From Azolla caroliniana (taxonomy: Eukaryota > Plantae > Polypodiophyta), in the NCBI GenBank assembly GCA_043228905.1, contig JBHGNT010000001.1, positions 24,676,001 through 24,740,000 of the forward strand: a stretch of DNA of 64,000 nt, given 5' to 3'. A model generated the notes under the pieces. It saw nothing but the letters and a program-made list of their open reading frames with translations. It ran no database searches and was not told the DNA's origin. This document shows positions 35,384-48,810 of the stretch, in pieces (within the stretch, counting starts at the first letter, position 1; each line of letters starts with the position of its first letter). A program made the position numbers and the translations under genes.

Positions 35384-37269
35384 AAACACTTAAGGGATGA
35401 AATGAATCAAGGACATGTTACATCTTGCTAATATGATATATTAGTGTGGATGTTTAATAGAAACAATTGGCAAAGGTTATGCCTACCTTCACAAGGCAAA
35501 TTTTTTCGTTCCTATAAAAGTTTACACCATATAAGAAACCTCTTCATCCATTCTAGTAATAAACAAAAGCTACTATTGAAGAAGGTACCCAAGTAATTTG
35601 TAGTCTTATTAGTAAGATAATCATGCCCATCCTAATTGGAAGTAGGTAAAATACTATTGAAAAAAAAAAGCTCCCTCAAGCTTAAGGACTAAGTGCTACA
35701 TTTATCACGTGCTAGAAATAAAAGATAATTACATTGAAATAGATAATCAATTAAACTAAATTACTTTATTTATATCACAAGGTAGCTTAAGCATAACCAT
35801 CGTAGAAGGCATACAGTCCTTTATATCAGTATTTATACAACATTTTGTTTCAAATTGATGAAGGGTGAGTGTGCCACAATTAGTGCGAAGTACATGTCTT
35901 TCATTTTATATTACATTTCTTTTGCATAATCGAGTGAAAGGTTCCACAAAATGGAAAAAATTGTTGGAAGTAACCAAATTGGAAACAAATGTATAGCATA
36001 TTGTTAATAGATTACAAAACATCATTTGCGCTTATACCACTACAAGGATGCACAAACTTAACACAATTTGGGCTTAATAATAAGTTTCTTTTGTCACATC
36101 GTTGTTTTTGTTTCAATCCCATAGACATAATTTAATGTATTCGGTATTAGAAATTTGTGAGTCACTTTAGGGGCAAAATTAGTGTTTGCTAAGCCATCCC
36201 CTTCTTTTGTAAAATTTGTGAGCGTTGTAAACTACAAGATCATGCATCCAATCATATCAAATTGTTGCCATGAGTTGGATACAACATACCTTCATGAATG
36301 TGCTCTTGGAAAGGTTTAGGATTTTGTAATTGTTCTTATGGATTTCGAGGCTCTTTCCCCATATCAATTCGTTGCCATGAGTTGGATATAACATACCTCA
36401 ACTAATGTGCCCTTGAAAAGGTTTATGATTTTGTAATTGTTCTTGTGGAGTTATAGGTTCTTTTATGCCAGCCAACCAACAAAGAGGGCTTATAAACAAA
36501 ATTGGAAAATGGTGCAAATAGTTGTTTTTTATAACATAAGCTAGAGAGAGTCTCTCAATTTATGATGCAACACTTTCTGAATGAGCAAGATTATGAATTA
36601 AGTAACATCATTACTCTATCATAATGACTATAACCTTGCTCATCCTTCCTCGCCATGTCATTTACCATCATCTTCCTCTTTCACTCGTGATAGAAAACAT
36701 GACGGTAAAGAACTTCAATTTATATACGAGAGGCTTGGAATTTGAGATCCATTTCTATTATGGGCGAATGACAAAGTGCTTGGTACGTGGGCCATGGAAT
36801 GAGTGCTACTTACTATAGACAAGCTCAAGGGGAACATCACTCACCGGACCCATCGTGTCCTTTGAGAGGGATACAGGAAAAAAACCATTCACTTCACACA
36901 ATCAAATGTCCGAGGCTCTCTATACAAGGAACAACTGAAAGGGAAGGGAGGGGGGGGGGGTGGTAATGAGTCGCAAGAAGCCTGTATTTCAGGCTATAGG
37001 AACCTTCCAATGCGTGGTAGGTGACCCTGACCGACCATATGAGCGCAACTAACCAACAATGTGTCTGGACAACATATGAGCGTGGGCTTTCAAGAGGTCC
37101 CCAAACTCTCGAAAAATAATGCTATGGACCTTCGTAGAGTTCCAGGGTTGGTTCTTCTTATGTGTGTTGGTATTCCTTTCTATCATGGGTATGTACATTG
37201 TATACTGTATACATACATTATACATATATGCTATATGTATGTAAACAGAAGAGAAGACAAGGAAGGAGG

Positions 37270-37272
37270 AGG

Positions 37273-37307
<35 letters not shown>

Positions 37308-37370
37308 CTCTTTCCTTCATAACGTCCTCCTCTGTTTCCTCAGCCATGGTTTCTGTTCTGCCGTGCGTTT

Positions 37371-37407
<37 letters not shown>

Positions 37408-37830
37408 ATTAGAAGCAGCAAAACCTGCCTTTTAGTCAAACCTAACCGCTTGTCTCTGTCTCTGTCTCTGTCTCTGTCTCCTTCTCTTTCTCTCCCCCCT
37501 CCTTCTATCCTTTAACAGACATCTTATGCTCTGATCCGCTCCGCTCCCCTTCACCCTCATCTGTTCAAACCCTAACCCTACTTTTCTTTTCGCTCTTCTG
37601 CACAGTAATTCTTTAGAACCCTAACTCCGAAGTAAATCCTAACCCTTACTTCCATTCACCTCTGCAATACCTGTATTTCGAATCTTCACCCCCACCAAAC
37701 AAAACCCTAACCCTAAACAGAAGGAAAAGTCGAACCCTTACCCTTACTTTGAGTAGAGACATGCGATAACCCTAAACCTAGTCCTAACCTTATCTAACAC
37801 GTAGCCCTGCTATCCTATTTCTCTCTCAGT
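37270..37830 (+). promoter_or_regulatory. Core promoter/5' UTR of the PWR-like gene (CT microsatellites, telo-boxes)
   Basis: (TC)n tracts at 37275-37500 and several AAACCCTAA motifs at 37567-37780, directly upstream of the CDS. Confidence 0.5.
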
Positions 37831-37852
37831 ATGCCCCCACCCACTTATCCCT

Positions 37853-40800
37853 ATGCCTTCTGTTTTTTACAGAGAACCTTCTGGTAAGATAGTGAAACAG
37901 ATGTATAGCAGCAACGGCGGGGATGCCCACCGATCTACTCCTTCGTCCTCATCATTCTCTTCTTCGTCTTCTTCTTCTTCTGCATGGTCGAAACATGTTT
38001 CTGCTAATTCTGCTTGGGAAAACAACAGACAGAGCGGTGGCTATGGAAGCAGAGAGAAGTTTGACAGAAGTGACAATAGGGACAGGTTCTTTCTAAAGAA
38101 AGATTGGAATTTCAGTGTAGACAACAGATCTTCTACTACCACTTTGTCCACTACGTCTTCTTCTTCTTCTTCTTCTTCTTCTTCTTCTTCTATTTCTGCT
38201 TCTGGTTCATACAGGTCGAGTAATGGCTTACCAGGACCGGCAACTAAAAGGAGAGCCATAGGTACCCATCATCTCGACTTATATTTAATTGGGATTTAGG
38301 GTAAGGTTTACCGTTCAGGATTACGGTGATGGTTGAGGGGTAAGATTATGTTCACTAAATGTTAGGGTGGGACTTTGTTCATAGAAAAGGTAGGGCTATA
38401 TTTTTTGTTTATGAAATGCAAGGGTTTTGGCTATGCTTACGGAGGGGCAGTGTTATGGTACTGGTTGTGGAAGTGCAGGGTTGTGTTCGTGCTTCCTGTA
38501 GGCCAGGCTAGGCTAGGCATAGACTAGTCTTATACTTAAAGTTACATGAATCTAGAGTTAGGTTTATGTTATGGAAGGTTAAGTTTAGGGTTGATGTAAT
38601 GTTAAATTATGTGAAGGTCAGGAGTCTGTTTATGTTTGTGGAAGGGTAGGGTTATGGTTATGGTTCGGGGAAGGCTATGTTTGTGCTTGTGGAAGGGTAG
38701 GATTATGGTTTTGTGCGTGGAAGGGTGGGGGTATGTGGAAAGGGTTAACGTTGTGCTCGCCGAAAGCCTGGGGCATGGGAAAGGCCTGGGTTACGGCTGT
38801 GCTCGCCAAAGGCCTGGCGTATGGGTCTGCTCTCTGAAGGCCAGGGTTATGGCTGTGCTTGCTGAAGGGTAGGTCTATGGTTGTGCTTGTGGAAGGGTTG
38901 GGTTATGGTCGTGCTTGTGGAAGGCCAGGGTTATGACTGTATGCATGGAAGACCAGTGTTATTATTGTATTTATGGAATGCTCGATTAGGCTTATGGTTG
39001 TGGTTATAGAAGGCTAGGCTAGGCTTCTGCTTATGAATAGGGACAGCTAGGGTTGGGTTTATGGTATGGAAAATTAAATTTAGGGTTATGGTAATGTTTA
39101 AGAAAGGAGAAGATTAGATCACTTACGATATGACTAGCTTTAGGCAACTTATTGTTAGGAGTTTAGGAATATTAAGATAGGGTTAGGATTATGGAATTCA
39201 GTATCCTTACCCTCCCTTTGATTTTTTACTACAGGTAGGCATGGACCTATAGTTGAAAATGGTCGATATGTAACCACTGCTGCCTGCCGATCTACCCTCG
39301 ATTCATCTTTCTCAGCTCTGCGCACACCTCTGGAGAGCAAAGTGGAGAGCGATGGTTATGGTAGCCCTGTCACTGAGAGAGCCAATAACAAAGACATAGT
39401 TTTAGATGGGCAGCATCACCATTTCCTCTCACCTTCTGATATGCGACCACCTCCACCACCTTATAATAATACCCAGAGATTTGATCCTAACTCGAGGTAT
39501 GATTCTTCTCACTCTTCTCACCGACTGAACTATGTGAACAACAACTCAAACAATGATTCTTATCACCGAGGGAGCTATGTGAACAACTCTAATGGTGTCG
39601 ATGGTAGGGAAAGATCGAAGATTAATGGATTTCCTTATGCTTGGGATCCTCCACATCGAGATAGGGATAGAGAAAATAGAGCATGGAACCGGCCTGACTA
39701 TTATCACCGAAGAACGTGCTCTCTTCCTAAACTCGATTCCCCATTGAGAGAATGGGGTGTTTTGGATCGAGACTTAGGCGAGTCCAGAATCGATAGATAT
39801 GGGAGAGAACCCACATTCTTGGATGACCGAGATCATTCTTATGGGGATTGGGAAGTTAGGGAAAGGAGTCATCAGCCCAAGAGTTTCCCGTCATTTGCTG
39901 ACAGTCTCCCTATCAATAGCACTTCACACCTTAGAGACGACTTTGCAGCTCTCAATACCACTTCACACCCCAGGGACCAAGTTGTTGCAACTTTTAATAA
40001 CATTTCACTCCCTAGGGAGGAGGTTGTTGCAACTATGAACAAGGCTTCCCACCTTAGAGAGGAAATTGCAACTATCAATAACACTTCGCACCTTAGGGAG
40101 GAGGTCGCAGCTGTCAGTAATACTCCATACCTTAGAGAGGAGGTTGCAAAAACTATTCCTTCTGATCCCAAAGCAGTGAGTACAAGTATTGCCTCTCCAC
40201 TTAGATTACCATTATCCCCTCTGAAGAGCCCTTTCATGCATGATTCTAGCAATAAGAGGGGCAATAACAGTGAGATTGATTCACCAAAGAAACGACCCCG
40301 CCTTACATGGGGGCAAGGTCTTGCCAAGTACGAAAAGGAGAAGACCGAAGAAGAGCCATTGGTCTCTAGGAAGCAACAAGAAGGAATTCAACAGGAGTGC
40401 TCTATTAACGACATTGAGATTCTCCCAGTAGATGCGTCTGATTGTTTGCCTATGAGCAGAGATCTTACATGTGAAGGTGAATGCCAAACACAGAAGAGGA
40501 ATATAGATCATAACTGCCATCTAATTCAAGAAGAGCAGATTAATGCAGGTGAGTCTTTTTATGTGTTTATGATCTGCAAGTATTTAAAATGAAAATTGCC
40601 AATGAAATTCCTTAACATTTTTCATTATAGGCCTCAGTCAAAGAGATTCCAAAAACAATCTATTGGATGATGTAATTATACCTTCCATCAAGAGGGAGTC
40701 TATAGAGAGATTTTTAACAGATCAGCTTGAAAGCAGCACTGCTAGTGTCCCTTTTGGATGTGAAATCTCTGTTGCCCCAACAAATGTGCAGCCTTCGGTT

Positions 40801-41711
40801 TTACATGATGTTAAAGTGTTTCTGGAGAACTATCAAAGAGAGAGGCCTAATGTATCCAAGGAATTTCTTACACAACATGTGGAGATTGTGGAGTTTGAGA
40901 TTGACCTTATTGAGAAGGAGATTTCCAAGCTGGATTATGAAGAGGCTACCCAACATTCTAGGATAATAAATACTGACCAAGGTGTGTCATCAAGTCCACT
41001 AGTTGAGGCTGATAGAAATGTTTCAGTGAATCAAACAGAAGGCATGAAACAAAAGTATGATCAAGAATCAGAAAAAAACTTTGGAGAGTCTATCCCAATG
41101 TGTGAACGAGAACTACCAATCGAAGCTGTAGATCTGGTTATGGATGAAATAATCAATCAAGTTGTATCATTATCTCATATGCAGATTGTTGATAAAAAAG
41201 TTGGCAATTCTGAACATGGAATGCCTATTAGTATGGATGGGCATGGAGATCTTATCTATTCACTCTTGTCATCAAATCAAGAAATAGCAAAAGGGTGCTG
41301 GAGTGCTCTAACTCATCTTAAGTCTCCTCTCATGGAGGTTATCTTGCAAGATGGAAGATTGTATGACTGTCCCCAAAAAGCAAGTATGTGGAGAATGAAT
41401 GCTGAGAGTCATGCGAGGAAAAAGCTTTTTCTGCAGTCTAAGATTTGTGAAGAGAAGAGAAGCACCATATTCGTGGAGAAAGTGCTAGCTATAAAATATA
41501 GAACATGGAGAGAGGCATGGAAGCAAGAACAAGTATCCAAATCTTTAAGGAAAGATGATGGAGACAAGACAAGACACTCTTCTATTCTATCTGTATTGAA
41601 CCAACAATCTGTTGCAAGGCCATATGGTGCAATAGGCAAGTCATGTACATCCATATACATATGCATATGCATTATGCATATCCATTATGCACATACATAT
41701 CCATATACATA

Positions 41712-41742
<31 letters not shown>

Positions 41743-44700
41743 CCATATGCATATACATGTACATGTATATTTCTAGCTGAGTAAAGTTTCAGTTTTCACT
41801 TACATTCTCTGTTTAATTAATGCAGTTTCGTCCTTGCCAAACCCTTGGATCGAGTCTGAACGGGAGTTTTTGAGGATGCCGTCGATGCTCTTGGGAAAGA
41901 AAGTGAGGTCTCTTCACAGTTTTGAGACAAAAAATGCTCTGGTGGAAGATCCAATCACTGCTGAGAAAGAAAGGAAGGTTATGAACCCATGGTCAGCTGA
42001 GGAAAGAAAAACATTCCTGGAAAAATATGCTCTGCTTGGTAAAGATTTCCGGAAGATCGCATCTTTCCTCAAGTACAAGGCTGTAGCCGATTGTATTGAA
42101 TTTTACTATAGGAACCAAAAGGTGGAAGAATTTCAGAAGATCCATAGAAGGCATCAACTGAAGAAAAGGAGAGACTCTAGAGCTAGTGGGTTATATCTTG
42201 CTACCACAACTTCAGCTAGCACTAGGCATCGTGAGGCGAACCGAGCTTGTATGGAAGGGCTGACGTTAGTGGCGGCTGCTGCGGCTGCGATTTCTGCCCC
42301 TAAGAGTACAGGTAAAGAATGTTTATTCTACCATTTCTGTGGTGTAGTTCTCCTGATTTTGTAGAGATTGAGTAAAGTATCTAATGAAGAAAAAAATTGG
42401 GCATAATGCCGAAATACCCTTAAAAGTTCCTCTTTATATCCTGAAGGCCCCTACGTTTTTGATATTTCTTCAGATGCCCATCAACCCTGAAACAACATTT
42501 ATATGTTTTGTCGTATGGTCAATTCACTACATTTTCCTTATTTAAGCAATTACATGGTCAATTCATCCCCTTTTCTCTCTCATAGGCGTTTTGAGAATTA
42601 TGAAAATCAGGAGCATTTGGGAAGAAGAGAAAACTCTGAAATACTATTTTTTGTAAATTATGAAGTGGTTTTCTTGCTTTTTATGGATTAGGATTCCTTT
42701 TTTTCATAAAGGTTCAGTGACTGTATGATTCTGAAAAAAGTTGATCTTGTGTTATCATTTTTATTGCTATATCTACAGCATTACGAAAGTGTCCTAATCA
42801 TGAAGATAATGTTGTATTCCATGCAGCTATGAATTCTTCTACTATTAGCACAAAGGGGTGTCGAGATAGGTATTCCGGAAGGCCCAGAAACTCTACCACT
42901 ACGCCGCCGGTGAAAGTTAGCAATAAAGAGCAGGGAGTGAAGGGATCTCACTTGTATGGCCGACAGCAGCAGCCACCACTATCTCAAGACGAGTCAGATT
43001 CACACTGGACTGATGGGGAAAGGTTGTTGTTCATGGAAGCTCTAGCTATGTTCGGAAAGGACTTCAACAGTATCTGTCTCCATGTTGGCACAAAGAATAC
43101 ACGGCAGTGTAAATCCTTTTTCAGCAAAGCCCGTAGCCGCCTTGGTCTAGATCAAGTAGTTGAAAGACATAAGACAGTTACACAGAGTGCAAGGGAAAAT
43201 TGCGAGGCTTTCACCCATATGACAGTGGATATGAAACCTCAAATATTTGAGGATATGAAACCTCAACACCCTGGCCTAGATCAAGCAGTTGAAAGCCATA
43301 AGATGGTTATACAGAACACGAGGGAAAATTGCAAAGTTTCCATGAACATTGCAGTGGATATGAAGCCTCAAGTATTTGAGGATATAAAAATTAAAACATT
43401 CAAAAATGCAAAGCGTCACAATTCTGAGGATGTGAAATGTCAAGTAATGGAGAATGTGAAATTTCAAATGATTGAGGATATCAAAGTTGAATCGTCTGTT
43501 GAGAGTCGTAAATATGATTTTTTGAAACAAAATATGATTAACACTACTGTAGTGGGTGCAAGTTCTTCTGGATTTATAACAGAGGTACAAAGTAAAATAT
43601 CTGATGAAGCTCATTCAGATCCTCAAGCTGCCGGTATTGTAAATGCCCTTACTTCTCCTGAAGATGTGGGTGATGCCAATGATGCGCACATGACTTCAAA
43701 TCCTGTCTTTGGGGCTATGTCTGAAAATCTAAATGAAGTGGCAAGCTCAGATGGTGGTGGCGAAGACAGTTTAACAACTGGATCCTTACATCACGGCGAG
43801 GTGATTGAGAAGGTGGTGGTGGATAGGGTGGAAAATAATCTCATGGCAACAGGTTTAACTGGTGACAAAACACAACAGCTTGTACATGAGAATGTGGAAG
43901 ATATTTCAATGTTGAATGTTGATAATGAGGGGTCTCATTCAACACCCTTTGGGTGCAATCTAAAGGCTATGCGACTGTTGCAGAAGGAAACAGTGCCTGT
44001 TTTAAAGAACCCCAATCCAAAAGAAGTTAAAATCCGTAGGGAGCCTACATCGTGGACTCAAGAGGAGAAAGCAAAGTTTAATGATGTTCTCAAGGTGCAT
44101 GGTAGGAACTGGGATCGGCTCCATGAGAGTCTTCCATCCAAATCTCTGACACAGATCAAAACATATTTTCAGAATTCAAAAGCTAAATTGGGCTTAGGTC
44201 CAGGGTCGGAAGGATCTTTGAATGGAAGTGGAAAGGTTGCAATGCCAAGGAAAAGGAAGATTGATGATTCAGATTCTAGTAATAATCAAGGGTCAGGAGG
44301 GCAAAGTCCTCTATCAAAGGCATCTGGGCAGTCTGATGGCTCAAGTTTAATCGCCACACCAAACATTTTGCCTGCTTCTGGAGGTGTAACAGTGAGCAAT
44401 ATGTTAAATACTGAATCTATGGCCTATGTAAGCTTCATTGCTAGAAGCGCACAGAAAGAAGATTCTCCAAATAATCAGAACATGGCTTTTAATCCGGTAG
44501 TAGCACTGAATTCTTTGTTCAATACTGGCGTTTTTGCATCACCCAACGCTCAGCAATCTCAGCCAACAGATTTAGTTCCCCCTCCACAAGTAATCATAGC
44601 TCCAGCTGCAATTAAGCAGGAACAGGGGATTGTTAGCAGGATGAATCAAGGTGTCTCTCTACCCATGGTTCAGCTCTTGCATACACCAACAGTAGTACAC

Positions 44701-46155
44701 ACAACAAAGCAGAAGCAGATGATACTGCAGCCCCAAGTAGCAGAGCCTGAGAAGATGCAGCCTCAGCTTGTCCAGAGACCGCAGCAGCTTCAATTACAAC
44801 AACCACTTAGGAATCATCAACAGTCATCAAATCCTGTACTTGTAAACTCCTCCATCCATCAGGCCATTGGGTCCTCTCAGCATGCTGATCTACCACTTGG
44901 AAAGCCTCAGGTTAACCCTAAGCTTCAACAATCTGCCCAAATTCAGCAGTTACAGCAACTTCAGTGTTATCAACAGCGGCAACAACAGCAGCCGCTGCAG
45001 TCACAAATGTATGAAGTGCAGAACCTTACTCAACATGGGAGTGTTCCTCTTGCTAACGAGCAGCAGCAGCATATTGTGGCAGGGCTTTCCCAACTCTCCT
45101 CTTCTAGTGGTAGCAGGGTCGAAACCCCACCGATAAAGCAGTGTGATGCAGGTGGTTTTCATGCGATTGCAAGGATTCAGAAATCCGAACCTGCGGAGGA
45201 CCTGCATAATGAGTTAAATGTCTATTCTACAGGCAAATCACAAGCTAATGGTGATGTGAAGCTGTTTGGCCAGTCACTTCTTTCGCAACCTGCTATAAAC
45301 AACCAGCAAAGTTGTCAACAGCTGAATAGCAAGATATGCGCTGTGCCATATACAGAAGGAGCTCGCCCCACTTGTCCTATCAGCTTTATCACAGCTAATG
45401 GAGTTATGGACAATAATGTAGCTTCACACTTATCAGCTTCTGGGGATGTTTGCAAGCAAGGATTATTGCCGTTGAAACAGCAGATTGTATGCCCAAAAGT
45501 TTCTTCAGTGAAACATACAAATGCTGTATTGCAAAGACCTAATTTATGTAATGAAGCAGACCATTGTGCCTTCCAAGCAGTTGCTCCAATAAATGATAAC
45601 CTCATTGGAGCTGCACAGATTAATGACAATAGTCAGCCTACTGAGAGTGTCTCAGTTTCTCAATTTATGTTAAGTGCCATATCACACCAAAACAGTTCAG
45701 CCAACATACTCCCTAAACTTTCTGCACAACCATCTGATACAAAAGCTTTCTCATGTGACTTGGAAATTTCTGAGCATGGAATCAAGAGATGTGATCAAAT
45801 TCTGGGTTGTGAAAGGCAGGGAATAGAGATGAAGAAAACCAGAGCACAAGATTTGTGTTTAACAGATGGTGTTGAGGGAGTGCCATCCCATGGACTGCCT
45901 CGTGTATTGAGTGCCTTAGTGGCTTTAGCTGAATGGCGTTTGCAGAATGCAAATGGTGGTAATAGTGAGAGGTTGACAGATGAATTCCTTAATCAATCTT
46001 GGGAGGCTCTTCAAAGAGATCCCGGTGCTTTAGTTGAGGCAGGAAAGGCGAGGGGAGTGTTTTCACACTTGAACTCTGTTAAGTTAGAAGATTCAGGCAT
46101 AGTTGATGCTCTAAAAAATGTGGATGGAAACATGGGAGGAGGTGCTGGTGTATAG
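37853..46155 (+). CDS. PWR: POWERDRESS/NCoR-like SANT-domain transcriptional co-repressor (~2196 aa, 5 exons)
   Basis: Exons 37853-38261, 39235-40548, 40631-41635, 41826-42311 and 42779-46155 splice in frame (all introns phase 1; 6591 nt). Motifs: KKRPRLTWGQGLAKYEK; SANT1 NPWSAEERKTFLEK...KDFRKIASFL...DCIEFYYRNQK; SANT2 WTDGER...QCKSFFSKAR; SANT3 WTQEEK...QIKTYFQN; GDVKLFGQ. The start codon could alternatively be 37901. Confidence 0.85.
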
Positions 46156-48810
46156 TTTATATGTTGGAATGGCGTGGAGATACATATCTGGACAATGGTT
46201 ATGGTTGGACTTTCATACCATTGGTTCAGTCCCTTGCTTTGTAAGCTACAGATCAGAGGTCAGTTCCCTCAAATGACAATTGGCTCCCTTTTTTAGTGAA
46301 AGAAGAAGAAGAAATATGTATTTTGAGCCTGAAGGAATGTATCTTTTTGTAAAATGTGTTTTTCAACACAAATTTCTCGTTGGTGAAACTTGATCTTTTC
46401 TGTTTTGGAATTCATCACAGCTGGATTAAAATGATCTCTTCTGTCCGGTTGGGGAATGTATGCCGATGGGGCTCATGCTTTCTAGCTTTATTTTCTTCAT
46501 CCGCGCAGTACCTCATGTGCGTGGTTTTTGCAGAAGGTAGTGCAGGTAAATCTCCATCTTTCAAGTAAATTGTATAATCTTGTATTGACATTCTTTTAGG
46601 CTAAAGTGCACTCCAAATTTTGGATATTTAATGTGAATATCCCTGGGTTCTCAGAAATCGTTAGGATACCCCCTACGAAGTTAATCTTATACTCTAGAGA
46701 AATATTCTAGTATTTTTGAAAAACTTTGCGAGGTATTTACCTGAACATGGATGTTTTGGTGTTTCCAAGTTTTTTGTCAATGCTTTCGATTACAATAGTT
46801 CAGTTTGATGATGTGGAATGTGATGTCTAACAGGTTCTTGCTTGTGAGGTCGATCCTCCGCCTCCACCTCTGCTGTCACACATTGAGTACATAAATATAT
46901 ACATATATCATCATATAAGAAAAATTTGCAAGCTTTAAGCAAAAGCCTTTAGTTTACATGGATGTGTTCATTTGGAGTTTCAAGATACCTTTCTAAAGAA
47001 GAAAAGAAACAGGTGATGGCACTCATAATCTTGCCATCACTTCTTTCTTCCCTCATTGTGGGGGGTGGGGAAGAGAATTTTTTTGTAAGAGAACATCGAC
47101 TTCTTGACTCTGACCCTCTTAGATCAGATCATAGCTTGTAAATAGATAGAAAAAGGGAGCTTTCTCATTCCTAACTTTGTATTGCCAACCTGATCCTCAT
47201 TTTGGGATTTATACGATGCTAGTGATTCCAAGTGCTATTTCCAAAAGCTGTGGGTTGACACATTCCTTTGTGATGAAAAATGTTCTTTGATCTGTTTACT
47301 CATTTTCATTTTGCTTTTTTGACTAGCAATGTGTTTTCTTTCTCCTTTACATGCTCAGGCCACTTATTCATCATTATGTTGATTTTTTATAGACAAGTCT
47401 CTATGCTGCTTAAACTGAACTATTATTTTATCCACTCAATTTGTTTTGTTCTTTTTTGAGTATTTGTCACATATGTGTAAGAATCATGTAATGATATATG
47501 AACTTCGATGACATGGATAGCAGGAATTGAAGTAAACTTGGGAGGCTTTGGCATTGCACATTATTGTTTACAAAAAATCCCTTTTGGTATGGCTGTTGTG
47601 TACCAACTTATATGTAGTCTGTATATCTGTATATGGAGCTTGCCCACTTACTGTTACTTTTTTAATACAAAAATTTGTTCGCTTGAGGTGCGATACAAAT
47701 AAACATTGCAGCACATTGCAAAGCTCTGAAGCTATCTATTTGAGTTCCACTCACTTGGTAATGTTCCACTCACTTGGTTTTTTGCGGATTCAGAATCCAT
47801 TAGATTTGTCAGTTTCCTGTAATAACTTGTGCTGGCATGATCCTTTTTATGTTTGCGTTTTTGTGTGCATGTAAGTGAAACATGATAGACAGTTTTTGAA
47901 GACTATTTTTTGGTTTTCTGTGAATACGATGTTGGTTAGCTATACAAATTTCCTCTTTTTTGTTGCTCACCATTGGCTTGCTTTTGCTGATTCAAACTCA
48001 ATTATCTTTTTCTTTAAAACTTGCTTTATGGCTTGAACTTGCTACTAGCATGTATCATTTTCATCCCCATGGAAGCGTTGGTTAAACACCAAGCCATTAA
48101 GGCTCTCATTATTATGTATGTTGCTTCTAAGCTTTCCACTTTTAGGTCTATGTGACAAAAAGTAGAACTTATTCATTGGGTAAATTATTGTGACAATTGT
48201 TGGGGCGCATGATGGTTTTGGATTACTATACAATTGGAAATTTGTAGTAATGATTGTGAAAAATGAGTGTTTAAGAATAAAATAATCTTTGCAAATGTGT
48301 ACTTGTATTGTCACCTCATGGATAATGCTTGTTACAACTTTTGATGATAAGGTGTCTCAAGCGTATAAAATAAAACATATTTGTACTTCAATTGTTTATA
48401 ATATGTTTTATGGTAGATATAAAACAATAGATCTGTTGAATAATTGCACTTATTTGTAGGGAGTACTATGTGGGTGTTTCGTGATACAAGGTGCTTTCTC
48501 CTCTCACCTTGTTAGTGTGATAACACACCTATTGCCCTACATTCTTGGTGGTTCAAGATACAATTAATGCTAGACTATGTCGAGAATATCAAACCATAAA
48601 TTTATTTCCATAATTCATGATATCTATCATGGCACATGAGATTGGTATTTAATAAGGAGGTGAGGATAAGGGTAATCATGTAGAGAGCCTAACCCATTTT
48701 CACCCCATCATCTACAAAAGAGGTCAACTTAATGAAAATGATCAATGCTAGCTCCCAAGAAGATAGAGAGATTTTGTTATTGCCATTGGTGTTTTATTAT
48801 AGTAATACAA

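Noticed and set aside
36254-36450. Pair of ~107-bp diverged direct repeats
   Set aside because: A simple old tandem duplication with no PBS, PPT or TSD to support a TRIM.
37061-37515. 124-aa and 117-aa ORFs upstream of the PWR-like gene
   Set aside because: They are translations of (TC)n and (TA/CA) microsatellites with no protein signal.
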